A stretch of 64,000 bases of DNA from Chrysomallon squamiferum. Taxonomy: Eukaryota > Animalia > Mollusca. The stretch covers positions 2,046,001 to 2,110,000 of the forward strand of contig CM022671.1 in assembly GCA_012295275.1 (NCBI GenBank), in the 5' to 3' direction. Position numbers and translations under genes: made by a program. Shown one piece after another: positions 43,293 to 59,168 of the stretch; position 1 is the first letter of the stretch; each line of letters begins with the position of its first letter. The notes below the pieces were generated by a model. It was not told where the DNA came from, ran no database searches, and saw only the letters and a list, made by a program, of their open reading frames with translations.

Positions 43293-46200
43293 GTTTTTGT
43301 TTTATTTTTGTGCTCAATCCAGAATTCAAAGTGGTCCATATATCTGTTAATTTAAATATCGCAGAATTTGTTATAAGAGAAAAACAATATATTCTTGCTT
43401 CATGTGGATAAACATTTGCTGGAAATCCTACCACATCCTGATACCTAATTAGTTCTTGTACAAATAAAATAAATTTTTAATCCTAAAAACGATTAGAACC
43501 AATAAACCAACAACAATAATAAAAACCGTAACAACATGAACAATAAAAAGACATTAGTAATCTCTACTGCTATATGTTTGTTTGATGTTTTATGTTTACG
43601 ATCTATTTTTTCATATGCATAAGAACAGAATTACAGAACACAGAGAAAAGAAAGAAAATTAAACTAAAAAAGAATAATTTCTATTTTAATCTGACTGTAA
43701 TTTCATTGTTTTACTGTAAAAATCTTATTGCTATTTATCTATTTATACGTCAACAGAAATAATATTTAAATGCATATCTTTCGACTGCAGTTATCTTAAA
43801 CTTTGACTTCTATCTTTATTTCAGAAAGTCTTAATAGCATAAAAATTAAACAGTCTCATCTTTCTAACAGTGAAGAATATCTATACAGTGTCAGAAAATA
43901 TTAAAGCATCAAAGATAATTTTGAGAGAGAAAACCTGGGCCATCATGTGATTGTCTACTCTTTGTTGATGAAAATAAAGAAATTTTTATATTACACTTTT
44001 TTTAGTACAAATCACACAACAAAACCTTTGATGAATTTGCCTTGGAATATGTCATACCTGAAACAATGAATAAACGTATTAATACGAACCCTGACGTTGT
44101 TGTAGTATTTGCGGATAAAGAAGCCGATGCTGGTTATTGCCACGATGACGATGAAGATGCCGATGCCGATACCGATGCCGGTGCCCAGTCTATCATCATG
44201 TTTAGTACAGCTGTCACTGGATACATTAGACGAATCAGGATCTGGAAGTAATTTTTAAAAATGAGATGAAATTAAAATATATATATATTTCTGTATATAT
44301 GTTTTAGTTGTATAAAGGACCTTCATACTAAGCCTTTAGATTCGTTCATCATTTAATCTTATTTCGTAAAATTTACAAAGTCAACGAAAGGTGATATAAT
44401 GGAATGCATGTTACATGTTATGTCATTTATATATGAAGTTTAACCCACTGTACATTTATTTCATACCGCACTGTATAATTATTATATATTTCACTATACA
44501 CTTATTATCTACTCACAGTACAGTTATATAAATTCACTGTATGCTATAAAATAGTCTCTGTAAACTTATAATATAACTGTCACTGTATACTTATTATATA
44601 CCTCACTCTGTATTTACTATAATCCTCAGTCTATGCTTATTATACAGCTCACTGTATACTACTATAATCCTTAGCCTATGCTTATTATATACCTCACTCT
44701 ATACTTCCTATAATACTCAGTCTATACTTATTATATACCTCACTCTATACTTACTATAATCCTTAGTCTATGCTTAGTATATACCTCACTCTATACTTAC
44801 TATAATACTCAGTCTATACTTATTATATACCTCACTCTATACTTCCTATAATCCTCAGTCTATAACTATTATATACCTCATTCTATACTTACTATAATCC
44901 TCAGTCTAAAAGTTTTATATACCTCACTCTATACTTAATATAATACTCAGTCTATGCTTATTATATACCTCACTGTATACTTACTATAATCCTCAGTCTG
45001 TACTTATTATATACCTCACTTTATACTTCCTATTATACTCAGTCTATGCTTATTATATAACTCACTCTATACTTATTATAATACTTAGTCTATACTTATT
45101 ATATACCTCACTCTATACTTACTATAATCCTTAGTCTATGCTTATTATATACCTCACTCTATACTTACTATAATCCTTAGTCTATGCTTATTATATACCT
45201 CACTCTATACTTACTATAATACTCAGTCTATGCTTATTATATACCTCACTCTATACTTACTATAATCTTCAGTCTATGCTTATTATATACCTCACTTTAT
45301 ACTTACTATAATACTTAGTCTATGCTTATTATATACCTCACTTTATACTACTATAATCCTCAGTCTATGCTTATTATATACCTCACTCTATACTTCCTAT
45401 AATACTCAGTCTATACTTATTATATACCTCACTCTATACTTACTATAATCCTCAGTCTATGCTTATTATATACCTCACTTTATACTTACTATAATACTTA
45501 GTCTATGCTTATTATATACCTCACTTTATACTACTATAATCCTTAGTCTATACTTATTATATACCTCACTTTATACTTACTATAATCCTCAGTCTATACT
45601 TATTATATACCTCACTTTATACTTACTATAATCCTCAGTCTATGCTTATTATATACCTCACTCTATACTTCCTATAATCCTTAGTCTATGCTTATTATAT
45701 ACCTCACTCTATACTTACTATAATACTCAGTCTATACTTATTATATACCTCACTCTATACTTACTATAATCCTCAGTCTATACTTATTATATACCTCACT
45801 CTATACTTACTATAATCCTTAGTCTATGCTTATTATATACCTCACTCTATACTTACTATAATACTCAGTCTATACTTATTATATACCTCACTCTATACTT
45901 ACTATAATCCTCAGTCTATGCTTATTATATACCTCACTCTATACTTCCTATAATACTCAGTCTATACTTATTATATACCTCACTCTATACTTACTATAAT
46001 CCTTAGTCTATGCTTATTATATACCTCACTCTATTATATAACTTATTATATAACTCTATACATACTAATTATACTTCCACTGTATATTTTAAATACTGTA
46101 ACTTATTGTAGACCCTAACAGAATATTTATTACACATTTCACTACACATCACTCTAATCGTATTACATACCTCATTATACATCACTCTAAAATCATTATA

Positions 46201-47319
46201 TACCTCTCTGTGTAGTTACTTAAAATCTCAGTGCATACATACTATAATTAGACTAGCACTTATTACATACTTTTCACTGTATACTTACTATATTTGTTTC
46301 ATTGTACACTTATTATATACTGTCACTGTGCACTTTATTATAAACACTTTCTGTACATTATTAAATAATCTCACTGTTTACTTATCACTGTTTTTCTCAC
46401 TGTTTTTCAATACCTTATTGCAGATATTTTATGCCCCTACCTCATTGTTCACTTCTCTATAATTACGGTAACTGTACATTTATTTAAGCTAAACAGCTAC
46501 TGTCATGACCGTGTTATTCGTGAAGCTAAATAACATTTTTATCATCATCAACAACAACAACAACAACAACAATAATAATAATAAACATCATCACCGTAGT
46601 AAACAGTATATCAATAAATAAACATTTTTAGAAATTACAAATGGATGAAAACATTTTTGGGTGACTAGCAATAGTTTATTTAGCTACAAAAGGAAAAAGT
46701 GACAGAAAAAGAAAAAGTGTATTTTAGTGTCAGTCAGAAGTTAGAAGAGATACAACTTCTTGAATAAGGCGTCTCTGAATGCAGTTCTTACAATATTTCA
46801 TAACTGTATCACACGTCTGTACTAAAGTTTAATGTTTCGATAAATTTTCGGTTGTTTCACAGATTTTCGCATTTTCCGGACTGGTGCTGCCCTCTATTAG
46901 TCCGAAACATTGAAGGTCAACATTATATACAAAAAAATGATAATCAATGACTGAATAATAATTTTGTATAGTAACTTACTGATATAAATTGATGATGTTG
47001 GTGTTGGTGTTGTAGAACTAATACAATTACCGACCGCATCACATCCAATACTACAATGGAGACAAATATGTGTACAGTTCTCTGCAAACCGACCGACTGT
47101 GCATTGTCCAGAACAACTTCCACTACTGCGATTACACTTCAAACAGAACATGTGACACTTCCGCTTACAAAGGACTCCGTACCACCCATCTTCACATCCA
47201 CTTTGACAAACTGCTGAAGAATTTACACCTTGTTTAAATTCGCTGGGTACTTTACAGTGAGGTTTCACTAAAGAATACACGGATGTTACAGTAAAGAGTA
47301 AGAGGAGAAGAACTCCCAT
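43293..47319 (-). CDS. R5: subfamily-1 EGF-like single-pass receptor (3' end uncertain)
   Basis: Exons: 46980-47319 (signal, EGF-like repeats, stalk), 44058-44241 (TM GTGIGIGIGIFIVIVAITSIGFFI then RKYYNNV), tentative 43293-43444 (RYQDVVGFP..). The terminal exon was not identified. Confidence 0.7.
44586..46035. repeat. 46-bp minisatellite (dimer of two related 23-mers), ~31 units, in R5 intron 1
   Basis: Unit CTATGCTTATTATATACCTCACT+CTATACTTACTATAATCCTCAGT, with degenerate 23-mers on both flanks. Confidence 0.95.
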
Positions 47320-48722
47320 GTTTTTACACCTTTTCTTCATACTCCTGAAACAGCAAAATATCAAGAAATGAAAGATGTGTTTCGATTAAATTCTTCTTTT
47401 CTTTTCTGTTAAATTATCTTATTTCTTTTATTCATTGACTCGTTCATAAAAGTTTCGCATGATAATAAAAACATGATGATAATGTATTTACATAAAAGAA
47501 TACTATAAAAAGAAGAATAATGTCAAATGTGAAAATAAACAAATAAACAGGTAATTAAATCTATAACATTATATTAAATAAGAAGCCTCTTGTAGCTTTG
47601 AAACAGAGCAAATAAAATGTATACTATTGAAAGCTGTGCTTTGTCATTTTCATTATAAAATTTAATTGTGCATTTCGAGATAAAATTCGATAATATTCAT
47701 AAGTAAAATCGATATGTTTGTCTAAAAAATATACAAAATTAACGTATATAGGGCAAGATAATAAAAATGCAGTTCATTTTCAGTATAAATTAGAAAAAGG
47801 AAAGAAACTTTCTGTCAAACAAATGGGAAAGTTGTTATAATCTTCGTTTCAATATTTATTAAATGGAAGTTATCTAAACTTTGATGAAACTTTAAGAACA
47901 ACTAGTCGACTATGTAATTCAGTATACAAATATTTTTTATATATTAATACAATCTTAATTTATTGCCATCTAACTGATGGTTCTATAAAACATTAAATAA
48001 ATCTTGTTCATTGTTTGTATTTAAAATGACCGTGAAAATCATTTAAATGTTTTTAAAAGAAAATGTTTGCTCGTTTAAGCTCTAATATCAGAGATAGAAA
48101 AGAAGGAAACAAATGATTATGTAATATCATCTATTGGGGTGTATTAGTACTCTTGTATGAATTTTTGAGTCATAGCTTCACAAATTTTACCTTATATATA
48201 GGCCTATATATGTTTATTTATGTATGAATGTGTATTTATTAAATAAAGCAACGAAGAACAGATAAACAAAAAAATTAAAAGGACAGAATAATTATATTTA
48301 CATACTAGTTAACATACACAGTGACAGACACGTATTTATTTTATTTGTAATAACGTCTACAGGTGACAGCCTACAAGTATGAATTCTTACGTCGTCCACA
48401 TACCATTAATTAACTGAAATCCTTTTTTTTCCTTTTTTTTTTTATTTCCCACTAAAATAATAAAAATAAAATTTCTAAGAGTTAGAAGTATTATAACGAA
48501 AGATTTTTTCTTGCTGTTGTTTTTAAATAAAAACTTTCAGTTGACAATTTGTTTATATTTATGATAATAACAAAGTAAAGAGAAGTGAAAGAGAAAATCA
48601 AAATAATAATAATAAAAAAACTTTTTCATATGTAAATAGCTTGAATAAAAAAGTGGTCACTGTGTATTTGACTTGTGTATATGAAATATGATTTAGAAGT
48701 AATAAAAAAATAAGGAAAGAAC

Positions 48723-48754
<32 letters not shown>

Positions 48755-49599
48755 AACAGATACGAAAGAGCTAAAAAAATAAATAAATAAATAAATAAAA
48801 ATAAAAAGATAAAAAATTAATAAAGAATTTTAGTTAAGTTACAAGAGTTGTTGTTCATCAGACTGACCTGAAGTGATTCAAAGTCCTCGACTCGTTCGGT
48901 CACAGAAACACAGTTTATAAACAGTCTTCCGTGATAAAACATTATAATTACCTGTTTCTTTTGCTGTTATGTTTTGTTGTTTTCAGTTCTGCACATGCTG
49001 CACCTTTTAGAGAAATAAACTTCTTGTCTTGTCTTGTTAGAGTTCTCAGCTGGTTGACTCTTAACAGGAACTTATAAAGGAGACGATACCTAGGCGTGTC
49101 TCTGTGCGTACAATGTCAGTGCGATTCGTTTTATGCTAGGGAGAAATACTGATTCAGATATAGCTGTTCTATAACAGATAAACCGGATATTTTACACACG
49201 TCAAAATAACTTTGTAGTTTCAAAAATAGCGAAATCCACATCGACTAGCAAAAATAAAAACGTTTTTGAATTTCGCGAATGACTCTAAAAATAAAGTGGG
49301 AAAACCCAGTTTTTACGTACCTCGTGATACATTCGGTGAAATATAAGTGTAGCGGAATGTGACGAGGTGTTCCGACTGACCGAATCAATTTGCTGAATGT
49401 CAATTTTTGTTTGTTTGTCCATCAAATCGAATAAGGCAACAAAAAGCAAAACATGCAGTTGTGTATGTTCTTTGAATAACTATTTTCCGAGTTTTTCAAA
49501 TATACAATCGATTCCGTTTTCGGGTTGTTTACACGTGGTTACGGTCGTATTCGAGCAGACAACATGGACCTGCGTAAACACGGGTTTTCATCTGACAAA

Positions 49600-50389
49600 C
49601 ACGTCACAAACTGATTTGTCCAAGAAAAGAAAGGGTAAGGCAGAATCTAAAGAAAAATATGAAAAAAGAAAAGCGAAAACGACAGTTCTACCATGTTCTA
49701 CATCCCATGTAGAAAATATGAAACTATAGGGAGATTTGTCGAGAGTACAAATTATTTTACATTTGATGCCATAAAAAGCCATTCCGAATCCACGTCACAT
49801 AAAAAAGAAATATACAACATTTTTACATCAAATGTGTCTCCTCAGGCACAGTTTTGACAACGCACAGTTGTTTGAGATTACAATGCACAACAAGCATTGG
49901 AGCAAGCATTGGATCTGTGGTGGGCACGATACCATAGAATTGATATAGATACAAATATCCATGAGCAGTCTGTGTACAAAAGTGACTATTCAAACGCAAA
50001 CTGAAAAGGCTATATGGATATTCTGTGAGAAATGATACTGAGACAGTTTAGCTTATTCCAGTGTAATAAGACTACAAGCATTAACTTTTAATGTTAAATA
50101 TTCTTCAGTCATAAGTAAAATATGCAAAAACAACAAACAAAAGAAAGTAAAATGTTACAGCTCGATGTTTTGTTTCAATGTTCTATTCAAATATAGTTAC
50201 ACTGGTTAATTATTATGTATATTCTTCAAATAATATGCAATATGAAGCAAAGTTTGACAAAATTATCCCTGCTTAATGTGTGTTTTGTCACTCCTCAGTT
50301 AGGTCTAGTTGATACTTGTCAGGTCTAGTAAATTCTAAGACATACTAGTCCACTGATCCAGTAATTAAGAAAATTAACGTCGAACCCTG
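49600..50389 (+). mobile_element. hAT-superfamily DNA transposon remnant
   Basis: From 49693 it reads MFYIPCRKYETIGRFVESTNYFTFDAIKSHSESTSH, a degenerate TTF-type zinc finger, preceded by frameshifted KRKRQF. The end ..AATTAACGTCGAACCCTG (reverse complement CAGGGTTCGAC) has subterminal CTAG-containing repeats. The left end was not found and may extend to ~48840. Confidence 0.65.
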
Positions 50390-50691
50390 GTTGGGCAGCG
50401 AGAGAAAGACATATTCACTGTAAAGTTAGAAGTATTTCTCCGTGTAAAACGGGATGTGAAGGATACTGGGTAACGTACTGCAGCATGACATGTGCAAAAC
50501 ACTGCACTGCATGCGACAGGTATAGTAAGAGTTGTCATGGAAATTGCAAACCCGGATATATTGGAAAATGTTTTCAGAAATGTCGAATGTGTTACTACAG
50601 CGGCAAATGTGAACAGTGTTTTGGTGAGTTTAGAGGACACTTCTGCAAAATTCCTAAAATATTAAACCAAAAATATAACGGAATGGAATGA
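50390..50691 (+). pseudogene. R6: divergent EGF-like exon remnant abutting the transposon end
   Basis: Open frame ..HIHCKVRSISPCKTGCEGYWVTYCSMTCAKHCTACDRYSKSCHGNCKPGYIGKC.. parallels the subfamily-1 pattern HCKV..C..GCEDGW. No signal exon or TM exon was found. Confidence 0.65.
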
Positions 50692-50766
50692 AACACATAA
50701 AACCAAATGTTTATTTTTAATTTCATTTTTGCAGCTATAATAATTACTATTACTACAACTACTACT

Positions 50767-50820
50767 TAGTGGCGGATCCAGTGGGGGTGAGGACGGTGGC
50801 TAGCCACCCCCACCTTTCTG
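50767..50820 (+). mobile_element. Single terminal fragment of a hAT-type MITE
   Basis: TAGTGGCGGATCCAG followed by a G/C-rich segment resembles recalled CAGTGGCGGATCCAG termini. No partner end was found. Confidence 0.4.
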
Positions 50821-51907
50821 AGAATGTTTTTTATTTATTTATTTATTTTTTTTTTTGTTCTTTCGAACAATAATTAATGAATTTTACAAATTTACTGACA
50901 GTGACTCTACTGATCAAAATTTACTATTTTTTTTTTTTTAGAAAAATACATTAAACATGAAGTCACGGACACCTGTAAGCTGTTTGTGACGTTTAATAAT
51001 GTCATCTTTACCGAAATAGTGTTGCCAATCAACGTCACAAAACATCATTTTTTTCCGACTGAAACCGGTTGTATTTAAATTAGAATTGTGTTAATATCTG
51101 ACCAAATACTTTCTAAAATTAGTTGAAATACAGACTTCAGTGCATTAGATATATTAAACATTGTCCCGCCATGTTACATTCTAACGCATGTATCACCGTT
51201 TTTAAGATTACCTCAACCTAATGCCGTAACGCTAAAAGCTATTTCTTTTGTTTCAAATTCCATAATCTCTTAATTAATTTGCCTAATTTTGTCAGTGACT
51301 ATAATCTCATGACATAATATCCGCCTTCTTCTAATAATTAAATTGAATCGTTTATAAAAGTGTCATATGACATAATAAGTAGTAGTAATTTTTTACTGAA
51401 TTCGTCATAGAAATAAAAATTTAATACATTTAGCAGCAGGCGACTAGATGGTGTTTTATATATCTTTTACAAACAGTTCATTTCATTAATATTGTTTTGA
51501 TTATCTTCTTTTTTTTTAATCTTCCTCGAACCATTATCTTTAGGAACATGATTAACAAAGAAGACTGAAGTTTTATTAACTTTAACATTACATAAATACA
51601 GATATTTCGTCATCATAAATAAAGAAAAAAGTCTTAAATTGCCATCTCGAAACATCTTTCGGTTATTTAGTTACTTTCTACTAAGTAAATATTTCATATT
51701 ATAAAAGTTGTGTACAGCGATCATTTTCGACATTCCAAATGGTAAAAATACGACTGATCAATTCTATTTATTGTATATAATTTAAAATATCGATCCTTTT
51801 TACATAAATAATTAATCTTTAAAAAAAATCATTCGGAATAAACATTTTGTAATAAGGTATCAAAACAAATATATATATATAATAAACAATGAGGAAGATT
51901 ATATGAA

Positions 51908-54900
51908 TTAGTAGTGATTTATTACTGATTTTGTAACTGATCGGTACTCAGACGAAGAAGCCGATTCTCGTGTGGAATTTGATTCTTCTCTGTAAACATT
52001 CCTGATTTTTCTGTAATAAATAAATAATGACTATTAAATTAAGAATCTACAGAAAATTATTGGATGGAGCAGGCATAGAAAATTAAGTGAAATGGAAATA
52101 ACAAAAGCACAGAAAAATGCAAACAAACCGAGCGAAAGATATAGAAAATAATACACAAATAGGAAGTAGCACACGTACACCCGCAATCAATACAGTATTT
52201 TATATAACTCAAAAGACACACAAGAATCGACATAATGAATAACAGGAAACCGTCAGGTAATTAGGAAGTTATTATATATGTGTAATATGATGTGAAATTA
52301 CATATGCTAAATTATAGTCACAAAGACATGTATCGCAAACACACAAACACACACACACACACACAAACACATACACACATATGCACATAATCATAATCAG
52401 AAATATATTCATACATGAAATTATTATGTCTTACATAACTGTGTATTCAAGGTATTATGAACCAAAAACCTGTATGTTAAAATAATGATAAAAGCAATGA
52501 TCTAAACGATCAGTTCAGTCTTCTGACAACCGGCAGGGATTTTCCAACAATGATAATTATATTCATTTAATTGTTAACAAAGATTTATCTCACCTGAAAA
52601 GTTAGTATCATAGATTTAATTAAAATCCGAAAAAAACTATTGATGTCATTAATGATCATTATGAGAGTAACGTAAGAAAATGAACGCCAAACATTCAAAC
52701 ACCGATTCAAGAACTTCTGAAAGAGGAATTCACGGAAGTACTTGCATTTTTAACAGTGCAGCAGAAATACTCTCAGTGCAGAATATTAGATTAATTTGAA
52801 ACAGACTTGCCTATATAAATGAGAATTAGAAATTATCGGACAGATCGTCGAGAATATCCCAGAATCTTTTTGTCTTCTCTTTCTGTAATTTGAATAAAAT
52901 AAAAATTAAATTAGTGATCGACATAAAGAAATAGAACGATAAAAAGAGGCAGTCAGATGTAGATTAATGTTTAATAGATAGGTAGATAGATAGATATAGT
53001 TATATACAGAGATATATAGACAGATAGATCGACAGATATACAGAAAAATAGATAGGTATTGTGGAAGGCAGGTAGAGAGGCTACCAGCCAGATACAATGA
53101 TTATAGATAGAGATAATAATACATGGATTAAAATAAATATTCTGATTATAGATAAAAAGACACAGACAGACACAAACAGTCACTTGAAGATAGATGGATA
53201 AACAGATGAAGATAAATACATACAGGCAGACAGACAGATATTTTCTCTTCCAAAACTGTCATACAGACAGTTTATTTAATAAAAAAAAAATAAAAAAAAG
53301 CGTATTTGCAATCTCCAGTTAAACAGCATCCTTAACCTGTAAAGAATCGTCCAGATAATAACAGAGAAAATCCGAACTACTTCTTGACTGACTTCTGTTT
53401 TTCAGTAAGGATTACTTTGTAAGAGATTGTATAGTTTGCTCAATAAAATCCACATACAAAATCTTTTAATGAACTATTCGTGGAGCAATGATTACAGTGG
53501 GAAATAGCTAAACGAATTTAAGAATTTGTTTTTCATAATTATTTTCTTAGAAGATGCCATAGAAAATCTCATACCTATAACGAATAATCATAAATATAAT
53601 TAGCATGCACATGCACGTGCAGACGACGAAGCCGATGCCGATGCCAATGCCGATTGCATTTCTGTTCCCCAAGCCGATATTATCAGATCTGATATAGCTG
53701 TCAGAGGATAATTTAGCCGAACTAGCATCTGCAAGTAATGTTAATGGATAAGTTAACTACGAAAAAGACAGAGTAAAGTTTAGGTTTATTTATATATGGT
53801 ATTTATTTGATGTGTAGAGTTAAATATAGATTTTCACATTACTTATTCAACGAACATGATTGATTCTGCTTTCTGCGAACATTTACTTTAAGCTCTCACA
53901 GCAAAAGTATTATTTTTTATGCGCTCATTGCACAAGTATTCATTTTTATACATTCACTATATGCATATCAATTATTATACGCACATTGTACGTGAATTAA
54001 TTTGTACACAATCACTACACACATTAATTTTCATATGCTCATTGTACACATATTAACTGTTCACTTACTTTATGAACATATTGTACAGATAGCTCACTAT
54101 ACACATGCTTCATCATACACTTACTGCACACCTGTGAGTACACTTCACTGCACACATTTGTATATACCTTTTTAATCTTATTTTATACATTCACTATATA
54201 TTTATGTTATGCTCTCACTTTACATATATTTTATACCCTAACTCTACATTTATTATGAACATTACAAAACATTTATTTTAAACATTCCATGCAGACCTTT
54301 TTTACACTTTCTGCTGCAGCAGTAACAATAGCAATATTAGTAGAGCTACTAATGGAAATAGTTGTAGACATCATTGTTGTTATAATTAATTATATAAATA
54401 AATAAATAGTAACAATATCAGTAGCATTATCATCAGTATCAGTCATTTAGTATCTAGCAAATTAAATAACAAATAAATTAATACAAACAAGCAAACAAAC
54501 AAACAAACAAACAAACAAACAAACAAATAAATAAATAAATAAATAAATAAAAATTTAAAATTATAATCTATGACTGAACAATAATACAGTAAGGTAACTC
54601 ACAGATATATGCTGCTGGTGTTGTACTATTTCCAGTGGTTCCACTGTTAATACAGACACCATCTGCGTCACACTGTGAACATTCCAAACACACAAATGAA
54701 CAACTGACTCCAAAATAACCGTCTTTGCACTGTCCAGAACAGTTTCCAGTCTCGCGATCACATTTGAGACAGAACTCAGGACATCTTCGTCTACATTGGA
54801 TTCCTTGCCATCCATCTTCAGATCCACTTTGACAGTGTGTGGAAGAATGCTGTTTATATTCATCGGGTATTTTACAGTGAGGTTCCACTAAAGAATACAC

Positions 54901-54939
54901 GGATGTTACAGTAAAGAGTAAGAGGAGAAGAACTCCCAT
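51908..54939 (-). CDS. R7: subfamily-1 EGF-like single-pass receptor, 221-aa model, close paralog of R2
   Basis: Exons: 54603-54939 (one conserved Cys changed to Ser, CQSGSEDGW), 53575-53728 (TM AIGIGIGIGFVVCTCMCMLIIFMII), 52811-52882 (GC donor), 51908-52010 (..SSSEYRSVTKSVINHY*). 666 nt open. Confidence 0.8.
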
Positions 54940-55424
54940 GTTTTTACACCTTTTCTTCATACTCCTGAAACAGCAAAATGTCAAGAAATGAAAGATGTGT
55001 TTCCATTAAATTGTTGTTCTTCTTTTTTTTTTAATTATTTGATTAATAAATTAATTCATGCATTCGTTCGTTCGTTCTTTCATTTTTTGTCTGGGAATTC
55101 TATCGACTAATTTCATTTAATTTTAAACTTTTCTTTAGTTTCAAATTTCGAAATCTGCTAATTAATTTTCCTAATTTGTTTAAATTTTATCAGTGACTGT
55201 AATCTCATGAAATAACATGTTGTTTTAATTAGTTGCTAATATCTACTGTCTTCTAATAATTAAACTGTATTGTCACATGACAATAATAAATGAGATAATA
55301 TTTTATTTACAAAAAAAATATTTATAATATTATATAAACCCACACAGATTTATCTCTCTGAAGAACTAAAAAACAATTTTAAAAAGAAGACAGAGGACAA
55401 GATAATTATATTTACATACTAGCT

Positions 55425-55458
<34 letters not shown>

Positions 55459-55558
55459 ATTTATTTTATCATCAAGTCAGTAAACTGTAAAGTATAAGAC
55501 ATTTTTATTTTAGTTTTGATAAAAAAAAAATTCCTCTGTAGTCAATACAATTAATAAC

Positions 55559-55592
<34 letters not shown>

Positions 55593-55970
55593 TAAAAACG
55601 TAGTAAAAACAGAAAAATTGTTTTATATATGAACGAAACTGAATGCATTAAGTTGGAAGAAACTGAAATAGATGATACAACAATTTCGTTTTTAAGTAGT
55701 ATAGTAATGTTAATCGAAATGTTTACCACAATAAATACGAATATAAACAAATGCATACAGATACATATCTACTTACGAAACAAAATAAGAAAACTATTCA
55801 GTGTATTTCGTCTCAGTCCTGTCTGAAGCGTTATCGCATTGTTGGATGACCCGTCAAATCCCTGATTACTTTTCTCGAGAAAAGGCATTCTCCGAGAAAC
55901 ATGTTTTATCGAGAACAGGAAGCATTTCTACTCGCATATAAACATATATTTTACTTTATAACTGAGCTGG

Positions 55971-57101
<1,131 letters not shown>

Positions 57102-57520
57102 GTAGATTCTTTCATAATTGTTTTGTTGTCGGTTTTTTTTCAACTTTCTTCTTAACTTAGATTTTATTTCCATTTTTTTAAATTAATATATCATGGACAC
57201 ATTTGAAAAAAAGAATTCTGATGAATTATTGTTTTCCCAAATTGTTTTTTTATCTTTTTTATTTTATTTTTTTCTTTAAATATTTAAAAAATATATATTA
57301 TGTGTGTGTATTAAATGAAAAACACATAAATAATAATAATTAATGGTTTTTGTGTCAGACTTATTTATTAATTTACATATTTATTTATTGGACGTTTGTT
57401 TGTTTATTCATTTAAGATTACAATTCTGCTCCTGCAAATTTCTGTCACATGTCATTGGACATTCTGACTTATATGGTTTCATGGTGGTTTTGCTTTGTTC
57501 CCGTTGTAAGTATGTTTTCC

Positions 57521-57565
<45 letters not shown>

Positions 57566-58689
57566 TTCATTTATTTTTTAGTTATTTTAACCTTTCTTCT
57601 ATTCTTCTTCTTCTTCTTCTTCTTCGAGAGAGAGGATGTAACTGAAACACACGCACAGATGAACAGCATATTTTCCCTTCTTTATCCATCTTTCTTTTCT
57701 TCTTTCTTTCTCTCGTTATTTGTTTCTTTTATTTCTTTTATCTTTTTAAATGTTTCATTACTTTCTTTTAACTGTTTTCTTTTCTTTAATTCATTCCTTT
57801 TAATTTACCCTAATTTATGATCGCTCTATATGTCAAATAACTTATTTATTTATTTATTTATTTATTTATTTTACCTACTTTCTCTTCGTTATTTCAAACT
57901 ATATTTTGCGCAGGCTTCATATAACTGTTTTATTTTTTCTCTTTTTTAAATAAAGTTCGCTTGCAATTACAACTGAATTATCAATATCATTAGGTGTGGT
58001 AGTAGTAGTAGTAGTAGTAATAGCAATAATACTATTAGTAGTAGTAGTAGTAGTAGTAGTAAGGACTGTTGCCGGACTACTCAAACTGAACGTAGCACTC
58101 AGCACTGAGAGAGCAAACTTGGTGTCAGATTGACAAACTAATGGCGGCAAACTCAAACTGTACCTAAATATATCCTTTTCTAATATTCATGAGTATTTTG
58201 TTCAACACAAAAGAAATTTAATTCACTTTGTTAAATAAAGCTGATGCATTTTATCTTTTATATAGAATTCAAGATGCTTACAAAACAGTAGAATTACGAA
58301 ACAACTAGATTTGTTTCTCTGTTGAGTTTTGGGATTTATCAGCCCGTTTAATAAAAGATGGTCAAATTTGTCACGTTAAAACAAATGTTTGATACAGTTA
58401 TCCCCTACAGATTACTGAACTTGAATTAAATTAGCAATTAAATAAAAATAAATAAATAGGAAAATATTTAAATAAATAAAAATCATTGAATGATCGAACG
58501 AAAAGCAGACAAGCAAACAAACGAACAAATAATGAAATAATAACTAACGTCAGAAAAATTAAATGCTTTATTAACAGTTGTAGCAGTTTTATAACATCCA
58601 AATAAATAACAACACCTAAAATTTTCAAATTGCAATCCTTTCTTTTTTCATTCTTCTTTTTTTTTTCTTTCTTCTTTCTTTTTCGCTTG

Positions 58690-59122
58690 TTATGAAACTT
58701 CTGGAATAAAAACATCTTCTACTATAGGATCCAAATACATCTGGCTGTTGTTGTTGTTGTTGAAACATAACGGAATTTGTTGAGAGTTATTTGATGAAAT
58801 GTCTGAGAAACTCTCTAACTGAGATTCATTAATTTGATCATAGTGATCAGTAACCGTTGATGTGTTACCAGACAAAGAAACTGATTCAGGTGCTGAATTC
58901 GGTTCTTTATGTTTAGTGTTCTTGATTTTCCTGTAACAAAATAAATATTAATTTATCATTCAATATTGTGTGGATTCTGTTGATATCACATACGAGGAAT
59001 GTTTAATATAGGAAACATAAAGGAACAGGAAATGACACAAATACATACATATAGTAACAGAAACACGTATATGTAGAGAGAAATAGAGAGACAGGAAGAG
59101 TAAGTAATCCATACAGCTAAAA

Positions 59123-59168
<46 letters not shown>

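Noticed and set aside
44586-46035. Regular array resembling CRISPR or a coding repeat
   Set aside because: The units are contiguous with no unique spacers, the context is a eukaryotic intron, and the 46-nt unit with stops is not coding.
57917-58163. Possible extra phase-2 terminal exon after R9 (YSLSLPPLVC..poly-Thr)
   Set aside because: Weak pyrimidine tract, half is (ACT)n microsatellite, and there is no paralogous copy in the window.
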